In this document: positions 30,282 through 39,491 of the stretch, one piece after another
Position numbering within the stretch: position 1 is the first letter of the stretch
Layout: each line of letters starts with the position of its first letter
Notes under the pieces: generated by a model
What the model was told of the DNA's origin: nothing
Database searches by the model: none
The model's input: only the letters and a program-made list of their open reading frames with translations
Position numbers and translations under genes: made by a program
IMG/VR virus record: IMGVR_UViG_3300011008_000003
Reading direction: 5' to 3' (one strand)
DNA: 64,000 nt
Source: a virus
Lineage: Duplodnaviria; Heunggongvirae; Uroviricota; Caudoviricetes

Positions 30282-30608
30282 ATGAAGCTTGTCAAGATTT
30301 ACCACCAGAACTTCCACGACATGGATCAATGGTATAATTACCAGTTGCTCACCGACGAACAGGCCGAACATTACCGTGGCACTCTGCTTACATACCCGAG
30401 CGACCTGAAGATCACTTACTATGACGACGACAACCAGCCGACCGATGAAGTCACTGTGACCGATTGCGTCAACATGCTCGAGAATGCTCGAGAAGTAACC
30501 GAAGAAGAAGCAGCGACACTAGAAAAACTCGTGCCCGAAGTAATCAAGAAGGTTAATCCGGATAACGACATCGCCTGTTACATTGAACAATTCAATGATA
30601 TGGTTTAA
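30282..30608 (+). CDS. Hypothetical protein
   Basis: Pe + AGAGGTCCA. Confidence 0.8.
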   Translation: MKLVKIYHQNFHDMDQWYNYQLLTDEQAEHYRGTLLTYPSDLKITYYDDDNQPTDEVTVTDCVNMLENAREVTEEEAATLEKLVPEVIKKVNPDNDIACYIEQFNDMV

Positions 30609-30751
30609 CTGTTAACCTCCGGCGGCGGATCTGTCCGCTTAGGCTCTTCCGCCGCTTTTTCTTTTAAGTTTGTTGTTTACGATTTAATTTGAATTTTCTA
30701 TATTTGATAAAGCTCGAATGTCTCGAGTATAAATCAATAAAGAGGTCTGAT

Positions 30752-31267
30752 ATGGCTAACACTTCCGGAATCAACGAAACTATCAACTGTCCGAACGGCT
30801 TTTACTTCGGCGATCCTTGCTACGCCCTCAAGGAAGACTTGTATCAGGAATGGATTAACTGGGGTGACGAACGAGAAAAGAAGGAAGGTCGTTGGTGTAA
30901 CGACGGCAAGTTTGTCCACGACGGGAAAGAAATTATGTTGGTTGATTCGACTGCATACGGTGACGGTTGTTATGGTGGCAATCATGCTTCGTATGGTGTC
31001 GATGCGGGCTGTCTCGCTGTGATTCCTCTCGAATTCTGCGACGAATCGAAAAACTTCCGTGACGATATGGGATGGGTCTGTGAAGAACCTCATGAAGTCA
31101 AGCTCGTAACGGACGATACGGGTACGTTTAGGGTTTACGTCGACGACGATAACATCATGGTTGGTGAGGAAATCGTCGAGACGGGTGACGAAGGAGAGGA
31201 AGAAGAGGAAGACAATTCCTGTTGGGATGATTCCTTGGATGATACTCCTGAATTCGAAGAAGAATAA
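30752..31267 (+). CDS. Conserved phage protein (GDPCY...TAYGDG.Y...VDAG motif) with acidic tail
   Basis: Motif set recalled from phage hypothetical proteins; start corrected. Confidence 0.7.
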   Translation: MANTSGINETINCPNGFYFGDPCYALKEDLYQEWINWGDEREKKEGRWCNDGKFVHDGKEIMLVDSTAYGDGCYGGNHASYGVDAGCLAVIPLEFCDESKNFRDDMGWVCEEPHEVKLVTDDTGTFRVYVDDDNIMVGEEIVETGDEGEEEEEDNSCWDDSLDDTPEFEEE

Positions 31268-31394
31268 AGTTTGACCTCTAAAGAGCGGGTCGTCCTAAGG
31301 CGAGGGCGATTCCGCTGCTTTTTTCTTAATTGTTTTTATTTACATAAATATTGGATTTTTCTATATTTAGGTTAGAAACAATAAGAGGTAAAAC

Positions 31395-31751
31395 ATGGAA
31401 AATTACAAGTTCACCAAAGCAACTCTGAAGCTCACCAACGGCAAAACCATTCATCTCGATGTCGAGTTTGAAGACGATGACGATTTTGACGAACGTGTCC
31501 GTAACATCTGTCTGAGCTCTGATTTCTGCATGGATGCCAAAGTCGTCGATCAGATTATCGAGCACATGAGATGCACCGTCAACAGTACGGACTCCTGGGA
31601 ACAGTGGCCTGAGCCGTCTGAACCTGACTATACTGACATCTACTGGGCTTTCGACAAATCATGTGACGAAACCATGATGAACGAAACTCTCTGGGATTTC
31701 ATTCAGATGCTGCATGTCTTTTTTGAAGGCAAACTCGAAATTGACATGTAA
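31395..31751 (+). CDS. Acidic hypothetical protein
   Basis: Pe + RBS. Confidence 0.8.
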   Translation: MENYKFTKATLKLTNGKTIHLDVEFEDDDDFDERVRNICLSSDFCMDAKVVDQIIEHMRCTVNSTDSWEQWPEPSEPDYTDIYWAFDKSCDETMMNETLWDFIQMLHVFFEGKLEIDM

Positions 31752-31934
31752 CTGAACAGCCTGAAGCCTGCCTGACGAACCCGGGCAGTCCGAAGGCGGC
31801 CATTTCCCAAAATTCGCGAACATGTTGAGCAATTCTGACGATTTTTCTCTTATTGTTTCTACTTACAAGAACTTCAGAATTTACTATATTTGAATCGAAC
31901 AGTTCGTTCATTAACATTCATCAGAGAGGTCCAA

Positions 31935-32195
31935 ATGGCTAACTACACTTATAACTACACCGGTTACATGTCTTTCAAGGCAGATCCGAACAAGCAGACA
32001 TGGGAATTGATTGACAAAGCGCTCGACGAAGCGAAGATCAGTCATACGAGAGCGTTTTGCAACGGCAATCTCGAGATTTGCTGTGATCAACGTTACGAAG
32101 TCGATAAGCTGTTGCGACACATCGAAATCACTCTCCAGAAGAACTATAACGGCTATGTTCTCGATACTACTATCCTGAGAACACGAAAGCTGTAG
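31935..32195 (+). CDS. Hypothetical protein
   Basis: Pe + AGAGGTCCA; start corrected. Confidence 0.8.
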   Translation: MANYTYNYTGYMSFKADPNKQTWELIDKALDEAKISHTRAFCNGNLEICCDQRYEVDKLLRHIEITLQKNYNGYVLDTTILRTRKL

Positions 32196-32307
32196 TTCTT
32201 CCGTTAGAAAAATTCGAATTATACTTGTTTACAAGTTCTTTCGAATTTTCTATATTTAAATCGTTCGGTACGAACATTCAGTTTAACTTAATTCAAAGAG
32301 GTCCAAA

Positions 32308-32637
32308 ATGGCACATTCCGATATCGCAAACACCAGCCTTCCGGTTCATGACGCAAAGACCGGTACTGCCGGTTTCGTTAACAACAAAGACTTTGCTCTC
32401 GTTCTGCAGGGCTTTTTCACGCCGAAAGACGACAAGATTCTTGAAGAAAAGGGTTTTGCCGAACCGAGCATCAAGGAACAGGCTCTGTGGTCTGCTTACG
32501 GTCTGTTTAACGAACTCGATGTTCTCGTCAGCGGGGACAAGTCGAACGAAATGACCGTGAAGTTCGTTAAACTTCTCGACCGCTTCATCAGCGAGAACGG
32601 CGGTTGGGAATATTTCGACAAAGACGAAAACAAGTAG
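32308..32637 (+). CDS. Hypothetical protein
   Basis: Pe + AGAGGTCCA. Confidence 0.8.
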   Translation: MAHSDIANTSLPVHDAKTGTAGFVNNKDFALVLQGFFTPKDDKILEEKGFAEPSIKEQALWSAYGLFNELDVLVSGDKSNEMTVKFVKLLDRFISENGGWEYFDKDENK

Positions 32638-32723
32638 CTCTTCCGTTGAAAAAACTCGATTTGAACTAGTTTACAAGACTAGTTCATTTTTCTATATTTT
32701 TGTCAAACAAACAAGAGGTTAAT

Positions 32724-33188
32724 ATGAACAATTCCGAAATTCTTTCTCTTCTCCGCAGCAAAACCGTTCTTTTCGTCAAGCTCCAGTCCAGCTATGACTC
32801 AAGCAAGCTTATTTATCCGATTCAGGTGTTCGACGATCTTGAATCTTGCGAAAAGTTTATCAACCGAAAAACGACTGGTGGCAAACTCGTCGAAGACTTC
32901 ACTGTCGATATTCCGTACTACTTGACCGAAGAGAATATCGAAACGAAATACGGCAAGGACGATCACTACATCAGTGGCGAATTTGTTGTTCTGCATAACG
33001 GTGAATACATGGATATTCGTCAAAGCTGGGATTCGGATAAGCATCCTACCGCAATCCAGCAGTTCCATGCCGCCCATCCGGATTACGCGAAGGCCGATGT
33101 CAAATTCCGTGAACTCCGCCGTTTCGTGAAGGACGGGGTAAGGACCGGCGACTGGTTCGATACGACTGAAGACAAACGTCTCAAGTAA
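32724..33188 (+). CDS. Hypothetical protein
   Basis: Pe + RBS; start corrected. Confidence 0.8.
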   Translation: MNNSEILSLLRSKTVLFVKLQSSYDSSKLIYPIQVFDDLESCEKFINRKTTGGKLVEDFTVDIPYYLTEENIETKYGKDDHYISGEFVVLHNGEYMDIRQSWDSDKHPTAIQQFHAAHPDYAKADVKFRELRRFVKDGVRTGDWFDTTEDKRLK

Positions 33189-33290
33189 GCGAAACATCGT
33201 CGGGAGCAATCCCGGCGAAAAAATCTTCAATTTTTATGTTTACGATTCATATTGATTTTTCTATATTTTAGTCAAACAAAAGAGGTTAAT

Positions 33291-33500
33291 ATGAATTACA
33301 GACAGCTCGCCGCAAGCATGATGAACCAGCTCGCCCTTCACCCGGAACTCGGGGACATGAAAGTAAACATCTGCGTCGGGAAAGACGATTATCGCGACAT
33401 CTCGAAGCTCGAAACTATCTACAAGTTCGGTATCGAGAACGGACAAGCGAAAATGACTGGCGTAGAGCTTGCATTCTATCCGGAGGGTGTATGCGGGTAG
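33291..33500 (+). CDS. Hypothetical protein
   Basis: Pe + RBS; start corrected. Confidence 0.75.
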   Translation: MNYRQLAASMMNQLALHPELGDMKVNICVGKDDYRDISKLETIYKFGIENGQAKMTGVELAFYPEGVCG

Positions 33501-33766
33501 TTCTTCTACTTCTGTTCTGTTCGGTCGTTTCGTTCGCGGGAACGTTTCAGTTCAAGAACGACACGATACCGAACAAGCGTTATTACATCGACAAAGAGGA
33601 TTCGATCCGGGCGAATTCTTACAAACCCGAAAAAGAAGCACGAGACCAGCTCAATAATACGTGCGCCTGGACAGTGAAATGTCGCTCGGCTCGAGCATAC
33701 GAGAAAACAGAGCCGAAACATGTTCACAGGACTGGACCCAGGTGGTTGAAACCTAAAGAGGAATAA
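33491..33766 (+). CDS. Secreted protein (signal peptide)
   Basis: GGAGG; MRVVLLLLFCSVVSFA. Confidence 0.7.
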   Translation: MRVVLLLLFCSVVSFAGTFQFKNDTIPNKRYYIDKEDSIRANSYKPEKEARDQLNNTCAWTVKCRSARAYEKTEPKHVHRTGPRWLKPKEE

Positions 33767-33895
33767 ATGTCTAATACCGACAAGAAAGAAAAGAAAAACG
33801 AACCTGAACTTTTCAGTGGCAAAAATCTCACGTGGGACGAATTGAAGGATATGTGGGCGAAGGCTCAAAGGGGAATGACCGATAACAAATCTTAG
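33767..33895 (+). CDS. Small hypothetical protein (42 aa)
   Basis: GAGG RBS, abuts upstream stop. Confidence 0.6.
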   Translation: MSNTDKKEKKNEPELFSGKNLTWDELKDMWAKAQRGMTDNKS

Positions 33896-33957
33896 TTGTT
33901 TTTTGTTGACAAATCTTTTGAATTTTTCTATATTTGAAATATACAAGAGAGGTTAAT

Positions 33958-34296
33958 ATGAAACACGAAGTCATCGCATACCAACTCATCCGCGTCGAAT
34001 CTGGTGATTGCTGTACTAGCGCAACAACCGATTTAATCGCAGTAAAACAAGATCCTCAAGACCTTGCCGAAATCCTCCGTCAGGATTATAACAGTACGTT
34101 GGTCGGCGATCATCAGGAACCGAACATTAGAAAGGGAAAGAAAATCGAAATCAAAGACGGAAATCTTTGGACAAGAACTTCTGAATCAGGAGATTTGGTC
34201 TATACTTGGCAGGTAATGAGACTTAAACTGAACATCGAAGTGACATTCCCGTTACATCACCGACACGAAGACGGTGTTGAACTCGAATTGAAGTAA
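33958..34296 (+). CDS. Hypothetical protein
   Basis: Pe + RBS; start corrected. Confidence 0.8.
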   Translation: MKHEVIAYQLIRVESGDCCTSATTDLIAVKQDPQDLAEILRQDYNSTLVGDHQEPNIRKGKKIEIKDGNLWTRTSESGDLVYTWQVMRLKLNIEVTFPLHHRHEDGVELELK

Positions 34297-34384
34297 ATCC
34301 GTTGAAAAAACTCGAATTGAACTAGTTTAAAAGACTAGTTCATTTTTCTATATTATAATCAAACAAAACAACAAGAGGTTAATA

Positions 34385-34747
34385 ATGAAGAAAATCATCG
34401 CTGCAATCCTTCTCGTCGCTCTTACCGTGTTCGCCCAGCAGGCAGAAAACGGGATTGTGAACGTGACAAAGAACAAGTACGGAACGGAAATGACGTTCTA
34501 CCCGAACACGAGCATCGAAGCCGGTCATGTCTATTCCGTGGTCATGAACGATTGTGACGGATTCAAGTCCATCGAAATCAAGTTCATGGACGGAACAATT
34601 CAATACTATTCATTCGACGAAGAGAAGATGCCGTCCGTAACGACGAAACATGAAGACAGGGTGTTGTCCTGGGAATCGCTCACGAAGCCGAAGTTCATGA
34701 AGGCATGGAACGAATACTTCAAATACTTCAAGGATTATATCGGGTAA
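34385..34747 (+). CDS. Secreted/periplasmic protein
   Basis: Signal peptide MKKIIAAILLVALTVFA. Confidence 0.75.
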   Translation: MKKIIAAILLVALTVFAQQAENGIVNVTKNKYGTEMTFYPNTSIEAGHVYSVVMNDCDGFKSIEIKFMDGTIQYYSFDEEKMPSVTTKHEDRVLSWESLTKPKFMKAWNEYFKYFKDYIG

Positions 34748-34823
34748 TACCGGTCAAAAATTCAAACACGAACTAGTTTAAAAGACTAGTTCTTTTTTCT
34801 ATATTTTAATTAGAGGTTAGAAT

Positions 34824-34979
34824 ATGAAAAAACTCATCAAGAACATCATCGTTTCCGTCATGGTCAAGGACATCAAGTTTCTCATGAGCATTCGCCACGA
34901 GACAATGAAAGGAAGCGTATCACGGGCAATCAAGCTTGACATCTGGTTCACGAGGATGGTTCAGCGAGTGCTTTCATAA
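34824..34979 (+). CDS. Small hypothetical protein (51 aa)
   Basis: Pe + AGAGGT. Confidence 0.6.
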   Translation: MKKLIKNIIVSVMVKDIKFLMSIRHETMKGSVSRAIKLDIWFTRMVQRVLS

Positions 34980-34986
34980 ATAATGT

Positions 34987-35565
34987 ATGGAACTCGCGCA
35001 GAAGATAATCGATTACTTTGGTGACGACCTCTACACGGAACTGGACGTGAACGAGGTCGATTATGAAACTTTGCCTGCTTACGAATTTTACGAGAAGGTG
35101 GTAAAATCGTGCGAGGAGCTACATCCCGAAGTGGTCGATTCGTTACGCGAACAGGACCAGCCCGTGCCCGAGCCGTGGAAGGTTTTCGAAAACGCGAACG
35201 ATGCGCAAGCTTTCCTTTCCCAATACGCGAAGAGTCATTTCTACCTTTGCGTTGATATACTGGAAGACATATTCTATCATGATCATGACTACAGGATTTT
35301 CCCGACTCAATCATTTCGTGACATGCGTGAGATATGGCTGAATCGCGCGAAGGAGGAAGGGAGGGAATCATTCCTCGAACGAGTGAAGAGAGGGAAAGAT
35401 ACGAAGAAATGGGGAGCGTACTCGTTGAATTCATTTCGTGCGCTGGCAAGGAGGATTACGCCCCCTAAATGCGCCCGTTACTGCTGGCTCCATAAGATAA
35501 TGACTCATGAAGGGGATTCGTACGTCATATGGGATGAATCATTATTGAATACGAAACGTTCCTAA
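34987..35565 (+). CDS. Hypothetical protein, probable late gene
   Basis: CATAAATA ends 5 nt before ATG. Confidence 0.75.
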   Translation: MELAQKIIDYFGDDLYTELDVNEVDYETLPAYEFYEKVVKSCEELHPEVVDSLREQDQPVPEPWKVFENANDAQAFLSQYAKSHFYLCVDILEDIFYHDHDYRIFPTQSFRDMREIWLNRAKEEGRESFLERVKRGKDTKKWGAYSLNSFRALARRITPPKCARYCWLHKIMTHEGDSYVIWDESLLNTKRS

Positions 35566-35594
35566 CCTTTCATTTCATTCTATTACCAATCGTT

Positions 35595-35687
35595 CATAAA
35601 TGAGTTATGAACGAGTTTTTTATTTCATGAGTATAAACACTAGTCTTTAAAAATCATGACTTTAAATGAGATTTATCACAGTCTGCT
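35595..35687 (+). repeat. ~100-bp dispersed intergenic element, copy 4
   Basis: CATAAATGAGTTATG...TAGTCTTTAAAAATCATGACTTTAAATGAGATTT. Confidence 0.75.
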
Positions 35688-35723
35688 ATTTACAAATCTG
35701 CAGGTTTTTGCTATATTCACCTC

Positions 35724-35915
35724 ATGAGATATAAGATTTACGCTAATTTCGAAGGACAGGAACTCATTTTCAAACGTTACGGTGAGAATGAAGAGCAGGT
35801 GAAAAACGAATTTGATACGTTCGTGAAAGAAAAAATGACAGGGTGGAATCCTGTCATCGAGAAAATCGAGGTGGATAAGACTAAATCAGTTACTGTGCCC
35901 GAGAAGATTGTGTAG
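35724..35915 (+). CDS. Small protein, leaderless
   Basis: ATG 7 nt after -10 (35712). Confidence 0.7.
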   Translation: MRYKIYANFEGQELIFKRYGENEEQVKNEFDTFVKEKMTGWNPVIEKIEVDKTKSVTVPEKIV

Positions 35916-36332
35916 CTTGTTCTTTATCGCTTCAAGCTTCTGCTTTAATGCGCCTTTAATATCAGACGGAACTTTCTGGTTCTTTTCACGAGCTGTATTC
36001 ACGTCAGGATTTTCTTGGTCGTAATCGAGCCCGATCTGGTCACGTTTCTTGAAGGATTTTAACCTTTTCTTCTGGTAGAGAGGGTTTTTGCGTTTGTTCT
36101 TAGCTTTTTGCTGGGCGAGCTTACGATTCTTTTCTTCTGTGGCGGATATTTTAACTTCGCGAGGGATATGGTTCTTGTCGAATTCTACTCGCCAACCGAC
36201 CTTAGTCGAAATCCACTTCTTTACACGTTGCTTGTCGCGAACGATTACTTTCTGCACGAGCTTTTCATCGAGGGGAAGGTGTTCGTCCTCGATGATTTCG
36301 TTCGCATTTTCAAGATATTCTGCCCAGTTCAT
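35886..36332 (-). CDS. Basic late protein
   Basis: TATAAATA (-) ends 5 nt before ATG. Confidence 0.75.
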   Translation of the reverse strand: MNWAEYLENANEIIEDEHLPLDEKLVQKVIVRDKQRVKKWISTKVGWRVEFDKNHIPREVKISATEEKNRKLAQQKAKNKRKNPLYQKKRLKSFKKRDQIGLDYDQENPDVNTAREKNQKVPSDIKGALKQKLEAIKNKLHNLLGHSN

Positions 36333-36339
36333 GCATTAT

Positions 36340-36510
36340 TTATAACATTTCCACTACTCCATCCACGTAAGGCGTGTAAAGATACAAGCCCATGAAAATG
36401 GCGAGGAACATGCAGGCGAAGCCCGTGCCGGGTCCATAGCCGGACATCGCCTTCATGAGTCCACAAAGGAAAAGGATAATGGCAACGACTGTGCAGATAA
36501 TGACCATCAT
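36340..36510 (-). CDS. Small two-TM membrane protein (56 aa)
   Basis: MMVIICTVVAIILFLCG...FACMFLAIFMGLYL; ATGA overlap. Confidence 0.6.
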   Translation of the reverse strand: MMVIICTVVAIILFLCGLMKAMSGYGPGTGFACMFLAIFMGLYLYTPYVDGVVEML

Positions 36511-36665
36511 GCAATTCTCTCGAGAAGTACGACATCATCCATCATAACGTCGAGTTCATGCAATTTGTAAACCAGATCCGCAAACCAATTGTCCTTGTTC
36601 GCGAGTTCCAGGGTAATGTCTGACGTGCAAAGTCCGTTTTTCGCGACGATATGGTATTTTCTCAT
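36507..36665 (-). CDS. Small CT-tag-like protein (52 aa)
   Basis: Inverted Pe + AAGAGGT; ends MMDDVVLLERIA. Confidence 0.65.
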   Translation of the reverse strand: MRKYHIVAKNGLCTSDITLELANKDNWFADLVYKLHELDVMMDDVVLLERIA

Positions 36666-36757
36666 GTCTAACCTCTTTTACGTCTGATAATATAGAAAAT
36701 TGTAATTACGATACCAAGTAAAATCAATCGAAAAAATGTATCGGACATGTTTCCTCC

Positions 36758-37162
36758 TTATGCGCTCTTCCTCCATTCTTCACAGTAGATTTTGTAATCT
36801 TCTTCCTGTTCCTCTTCGGTCAAGAGACGTTCGTAGAGCGTATGACCGAACGCAACGACATGACACATGTCTTCGTACCACTGGAGTTCTTCCGGTTTGA
36901 CAAATTCGTTACAGTCGAAATCGAGGAACTTGTCGTACGGACGGTCATTGTGTTTTTCCTTCCACCACGACATGTTCTCGTCGAAGTGCGGATTGAGAAT
37001 ATATCCCTTCGCTTCCATCTCACGACGATAGTTAAAAGTTTCGAGATAGTATTCGTCTCTCGCCAGGTCGTTCTGATTGCCCCACATCGTGAAATCTTCA
37101 TCAATCATGTTCATGATGTCAAGTTCTTCGGAAATGCTGGTAGTCTTGAAATTAGTAATCAT
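36758..37162 (-). CDS. Acidic hypothetical protein
   Basis: Inverted Pe + RBS. Confidence 0.8.
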   Translation of the reverse strand: MITNFKTTSISEELDIMNMIDEDFTMWGNQNDLARDEYYLETFNYRREMEAKGYILNPHFDENMSWWKEKHNDRPYDKFLDFDCNEFVKPEELQWYEDMCHVVAFGHTLYERLLTEEEQEEDYKIYCEEWRKSA

Positions 37163-37342
37163 AATGACCTCTTCTATTTGACTTAAATATAGAAAATTCC
37201 AACTCTTTAGTAAATAAATATATTTGAATATTTTCTATCGGAACTACATTGTTTGAGGCATGTCCGATGAAAAATCTCATTTGATAATTGTTTACAATCG
37301 TTCGTGATTTTTCTATATTTTGAACATCAACAAGAGGTTAAT

Positions 37343-37654
37343 ATGAATCGCCATCAGATGTTTAACCCGGCCAACTACCAAGCCGATCCGACCAAGAACA
37401 TGTGGTTGCTTTCCACGAGGAACGAAGTTCTTGACTATTATGAAGCGGAAATGATCAAGCCCAAATACTTGCCTGGTGACGACAATACCATGCTTACGAT
37501 GCTTGGGAAACATATCAAGGAGTTAAAGAAGAATCAGGCCAAGATGCCATGGGAGGCTCTCGTTCGTGAAGTCGCAGAAGGACTACTCGAAATCGATGAA
37601 TGGAGTACGGACCATTATGACATCGAGGAAATTCTGATGGAAAAATCAAAATAA
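37343..37654 (+). CDS. Hypothetical protein
   Basis: Pe + RBS; start corrected. Confidence 0.8.
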   Translation: MNRHQMFNPANYQADPTKNMWLLSTRNEVLDYYEAEMIKPKYLPGDDNTMLTMLGKHIKELKKNQAKMPWEALVREVAEGLLEIDEWSTDHYDIEEILMEKSK

Positions 37655-37714
37655 TTCTTGTTTACAAGTCTTTATGATTTTTCTATATTTTGAATATCAA
37701 CAAGAGGTTTTAAT

Positions 37715-38020
37715 ATGTCTCGTTCTTACAAGAAGAATTACAAGTCGCCTGTCTGCTGCACCGGTCGTAACGGTATCAAGAAGTGGAAGCATGATACGAA
37801 GCAACAGCGCAGGGCTCGCGAACATGCCCAGTTGTTCAAGATTTACGAAGATGAAGAAGGTTTTGACGAAGAATCCTGTACGCCCATCAAGTACCAGAAG
37901 CAGAAGGACATGACCGACTGGTCCGGTCCTCATGACGGATGGAACCGTATGAGCGTTCGTGCCGCGGAAGAGATGTGGGACGAAATCGACGGCAAGTCGT
38001 ACAAGGGACATCGCAAGTAG
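37715..38020 (+). CDS. Small protein with basic MSRSYKK N-terminus
   Basis: Pe + RBS. Confidence 0.8.
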   Translation: MSRSYKKNYKSPVCCTGRNGIKKWKHDTKQQRRAREHAQLFKIYEDEEGFDEESCTPIKYQKQKDMTDWSGPHDGWNRMSVRAAEEMWDEIDGKSYKGHRK

Positions 38021-38039
38021 AGTTTGACCTCTAAACGAC

Positions 38040-38080
38040 AAGGGCTTGCGGCAACTGGACCTCGCCGTGGGCCCTTTTTT
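38040..38080 (+). terminator. Terminator with anti-SD loop
   Basis: AGGGCTTGCGGC-AACTGGACCTC-GCCGTGGGCCCT + T run. Confidence 0.75.
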
Positions 38081-38117
38081 ATATCCAAACCCAATTCAAA
38101 ATCCAACTTTTTTGACT

Positions 38118-38217
38118 TATAAATGAGTTGTGGACTTGAATTTTATAATATGAATATAAATACTAGTCTTTAAAAACGAGTCTTTAAAACACGTTTACCG
38201 CGGATTGCCTCGTTCAA
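38118..38217 (+). repeat. ~100-bp dispersed intergenic element, copy 5
   Basis: TATAAATGAGTTGTGGACTT...TAGTCTTTAAAAACGAGTCTTTAAAACACGTTTACCGCGGATTGCCTCGTTCAA. Confidence 0.8.
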
Positions 38218-38287
38218 TAAACTTTAGAATTTATTTGTTTACAAATCTCTATGGTTTTTCTATATTTGAAACAAACAAGAGGTTAAT

Positions 38288-38425
38288 ATGAACGAAACTT
38301 ACAGACCACATGAAATCAGACATTACCACGCACAGATCGAACCGGTACAGAAGAAGAAGTTTTCTACTCCGATGCTCGTGGTGAAGAACAACGAACTCGT
38401 CGTTGACCAGGCTGTCCGACAGTAA
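38288..38425 (+). CDS. Small hypothetical protein (45 aa)
   Basis: Pe + AAGAGGT. Confidence 0.65.
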   Translation: MNETYRPHEIRHYHAQIEPVQKKKFSTPMLVVKNNELVVDQAVRQ

Positions 38426-38494
38426 AAAACTTAACTTTTACTATTTACAAACCTTTACAGTTTTACTATATTGTAGACAACAAAAGAGGAATGA

Positions 38495-38764
38495 ATGAAT
38501 TACGATAAGAAACAATATATGGCGAAGGCTGTCGTTTACGTACGTGACGTAATCAACGGGATTGTTTCGCCTGTTGTCGTCACTGTGAAGGGTAATTTCA
38601 AGAACGATACCATCGCGAAGGTTCGACTGACCTGGCGTTATCAGGACAAGTTGAAGAAGGATTACAAGAAGACAGTCGTAGAAGAAAAGCCTTTGAAGTT
38701 CTACTACACATCGAATCCGCTTGGTTTCATGATTGACGACAAACTCGATCAGATGGAAATCTGA
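38495..38764 (+). CDS. Hypothetical protein
   Basis: Pe + AGAGGA. Confidence 0.8.
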   Translation: MNYDKKQYMAKAVVYVRDVINGIVSPVVVTVKGNFKNDTIAKVRLTWRYQDKLKKDYKKTVVEEKPLKFYYTSNPLGFMIDDKLDQMEI

Positions 38765-38822
38765 CGAAAAAATTCAAAATCTTCTTGCTTACGATACTTG
38801 AATATTTTTCTATATTATAAGC

Positions 38823-38942
38823 ATGAAGATGATGATTCTAGGAATTTTATCGGTCGTGGCGGTGATTACTGCCGCGATAGTCTCCACCCTCCCGACCGTG
38901 CTGATTTTCAGTGCGTGTTTCTTCGGGGTGAGAGGCGCATAA
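38823..38942 (+). CDS. 39-aa hydrophobic membrane peptide, leaderless
   Basis: ATG 7 nt after -10; MKMMILGILSVVAVITAAIVSTLPTVLIFSACFFGVRGA. Confidence 0.6.
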   Translation: MKMMILGILSVVAVITAAIVSTLPTVLIFSACFFGVRGA

Positions 38943-39098
38943 GGGTTTTGCGCACGGGATTAAACATTAACACCAATGCACCCCTTACACCTCCCGATGC
39001 GCAAGAAATTTGACCTCTACCGACCCAATTCGCTCATTACTGGACCTCTTGACCGGGTTGGGTCGGTTCTTTGGATTTTTAACCAAAAGGAAAGAAAC

Positions 39099-39392
39099 AT
39101 GAAGAAAATCCTATTTGTCCTTATCGCGTTTGCTACGTTGTTTGCCTTTACCGGCTGTAACTCGTGCACGCAAACCTTCAAAAACCTCGAATCCGATTTC
39201 TCGGAACTTGACCGTAACATCACGGTCATAAACGCGATTCGAGGAGACACGCTCTTCACGTATTCCGGGCCGTGTTACATCAGTGACGGAGCGAATCCCG
39301 GGGACGTGACTCTCATCTACAAGGTGGGAAAGAAATCGAAGAAAGCAGACTTTCTCGGCGAACACGTCATATTCATCGCGACAGAAAAGTAA
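39099..39392 (+). CDS. Lipoprotein
   Basis: MKKILFVLIAFATLFAFTG-C lipobox; AAGGA RBS. Confidence 0.8.
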   Translation: MKKILFVLIAFATLFAFTGCNSCTQTFKNLESDFSELDRNITVINAIRGDTLFTYSGPCYISDGANPGDVTLIYKVGKKSKKADFLGEHVIFIATEK

Positions 39393-39491
39393 CTGGTCTG
39401 ATTCTGTGAAATCAACTGGCGGGATTACGAAAATCCCGTCTTTTTTATTTTCTTGTTTACGAACTTACGAAAGTTTGTTATATTTTACTGC

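Noticed and set aside
28295-39050. CsrA/RsmA-binding GGA loops
   Set aside because: Context is CCGGA/CTGGA rather than ANGGA, and the conserved part extends to ACCTC.
15646-39453. Apparent shared N-terminal motif MNIFLY/MIFLYF...QEVNM in many ORFs
   Set aside because: It is the Pe promoter and RBS translated from upstream TTG/GTG codons; true starts follow AAGAGGT.
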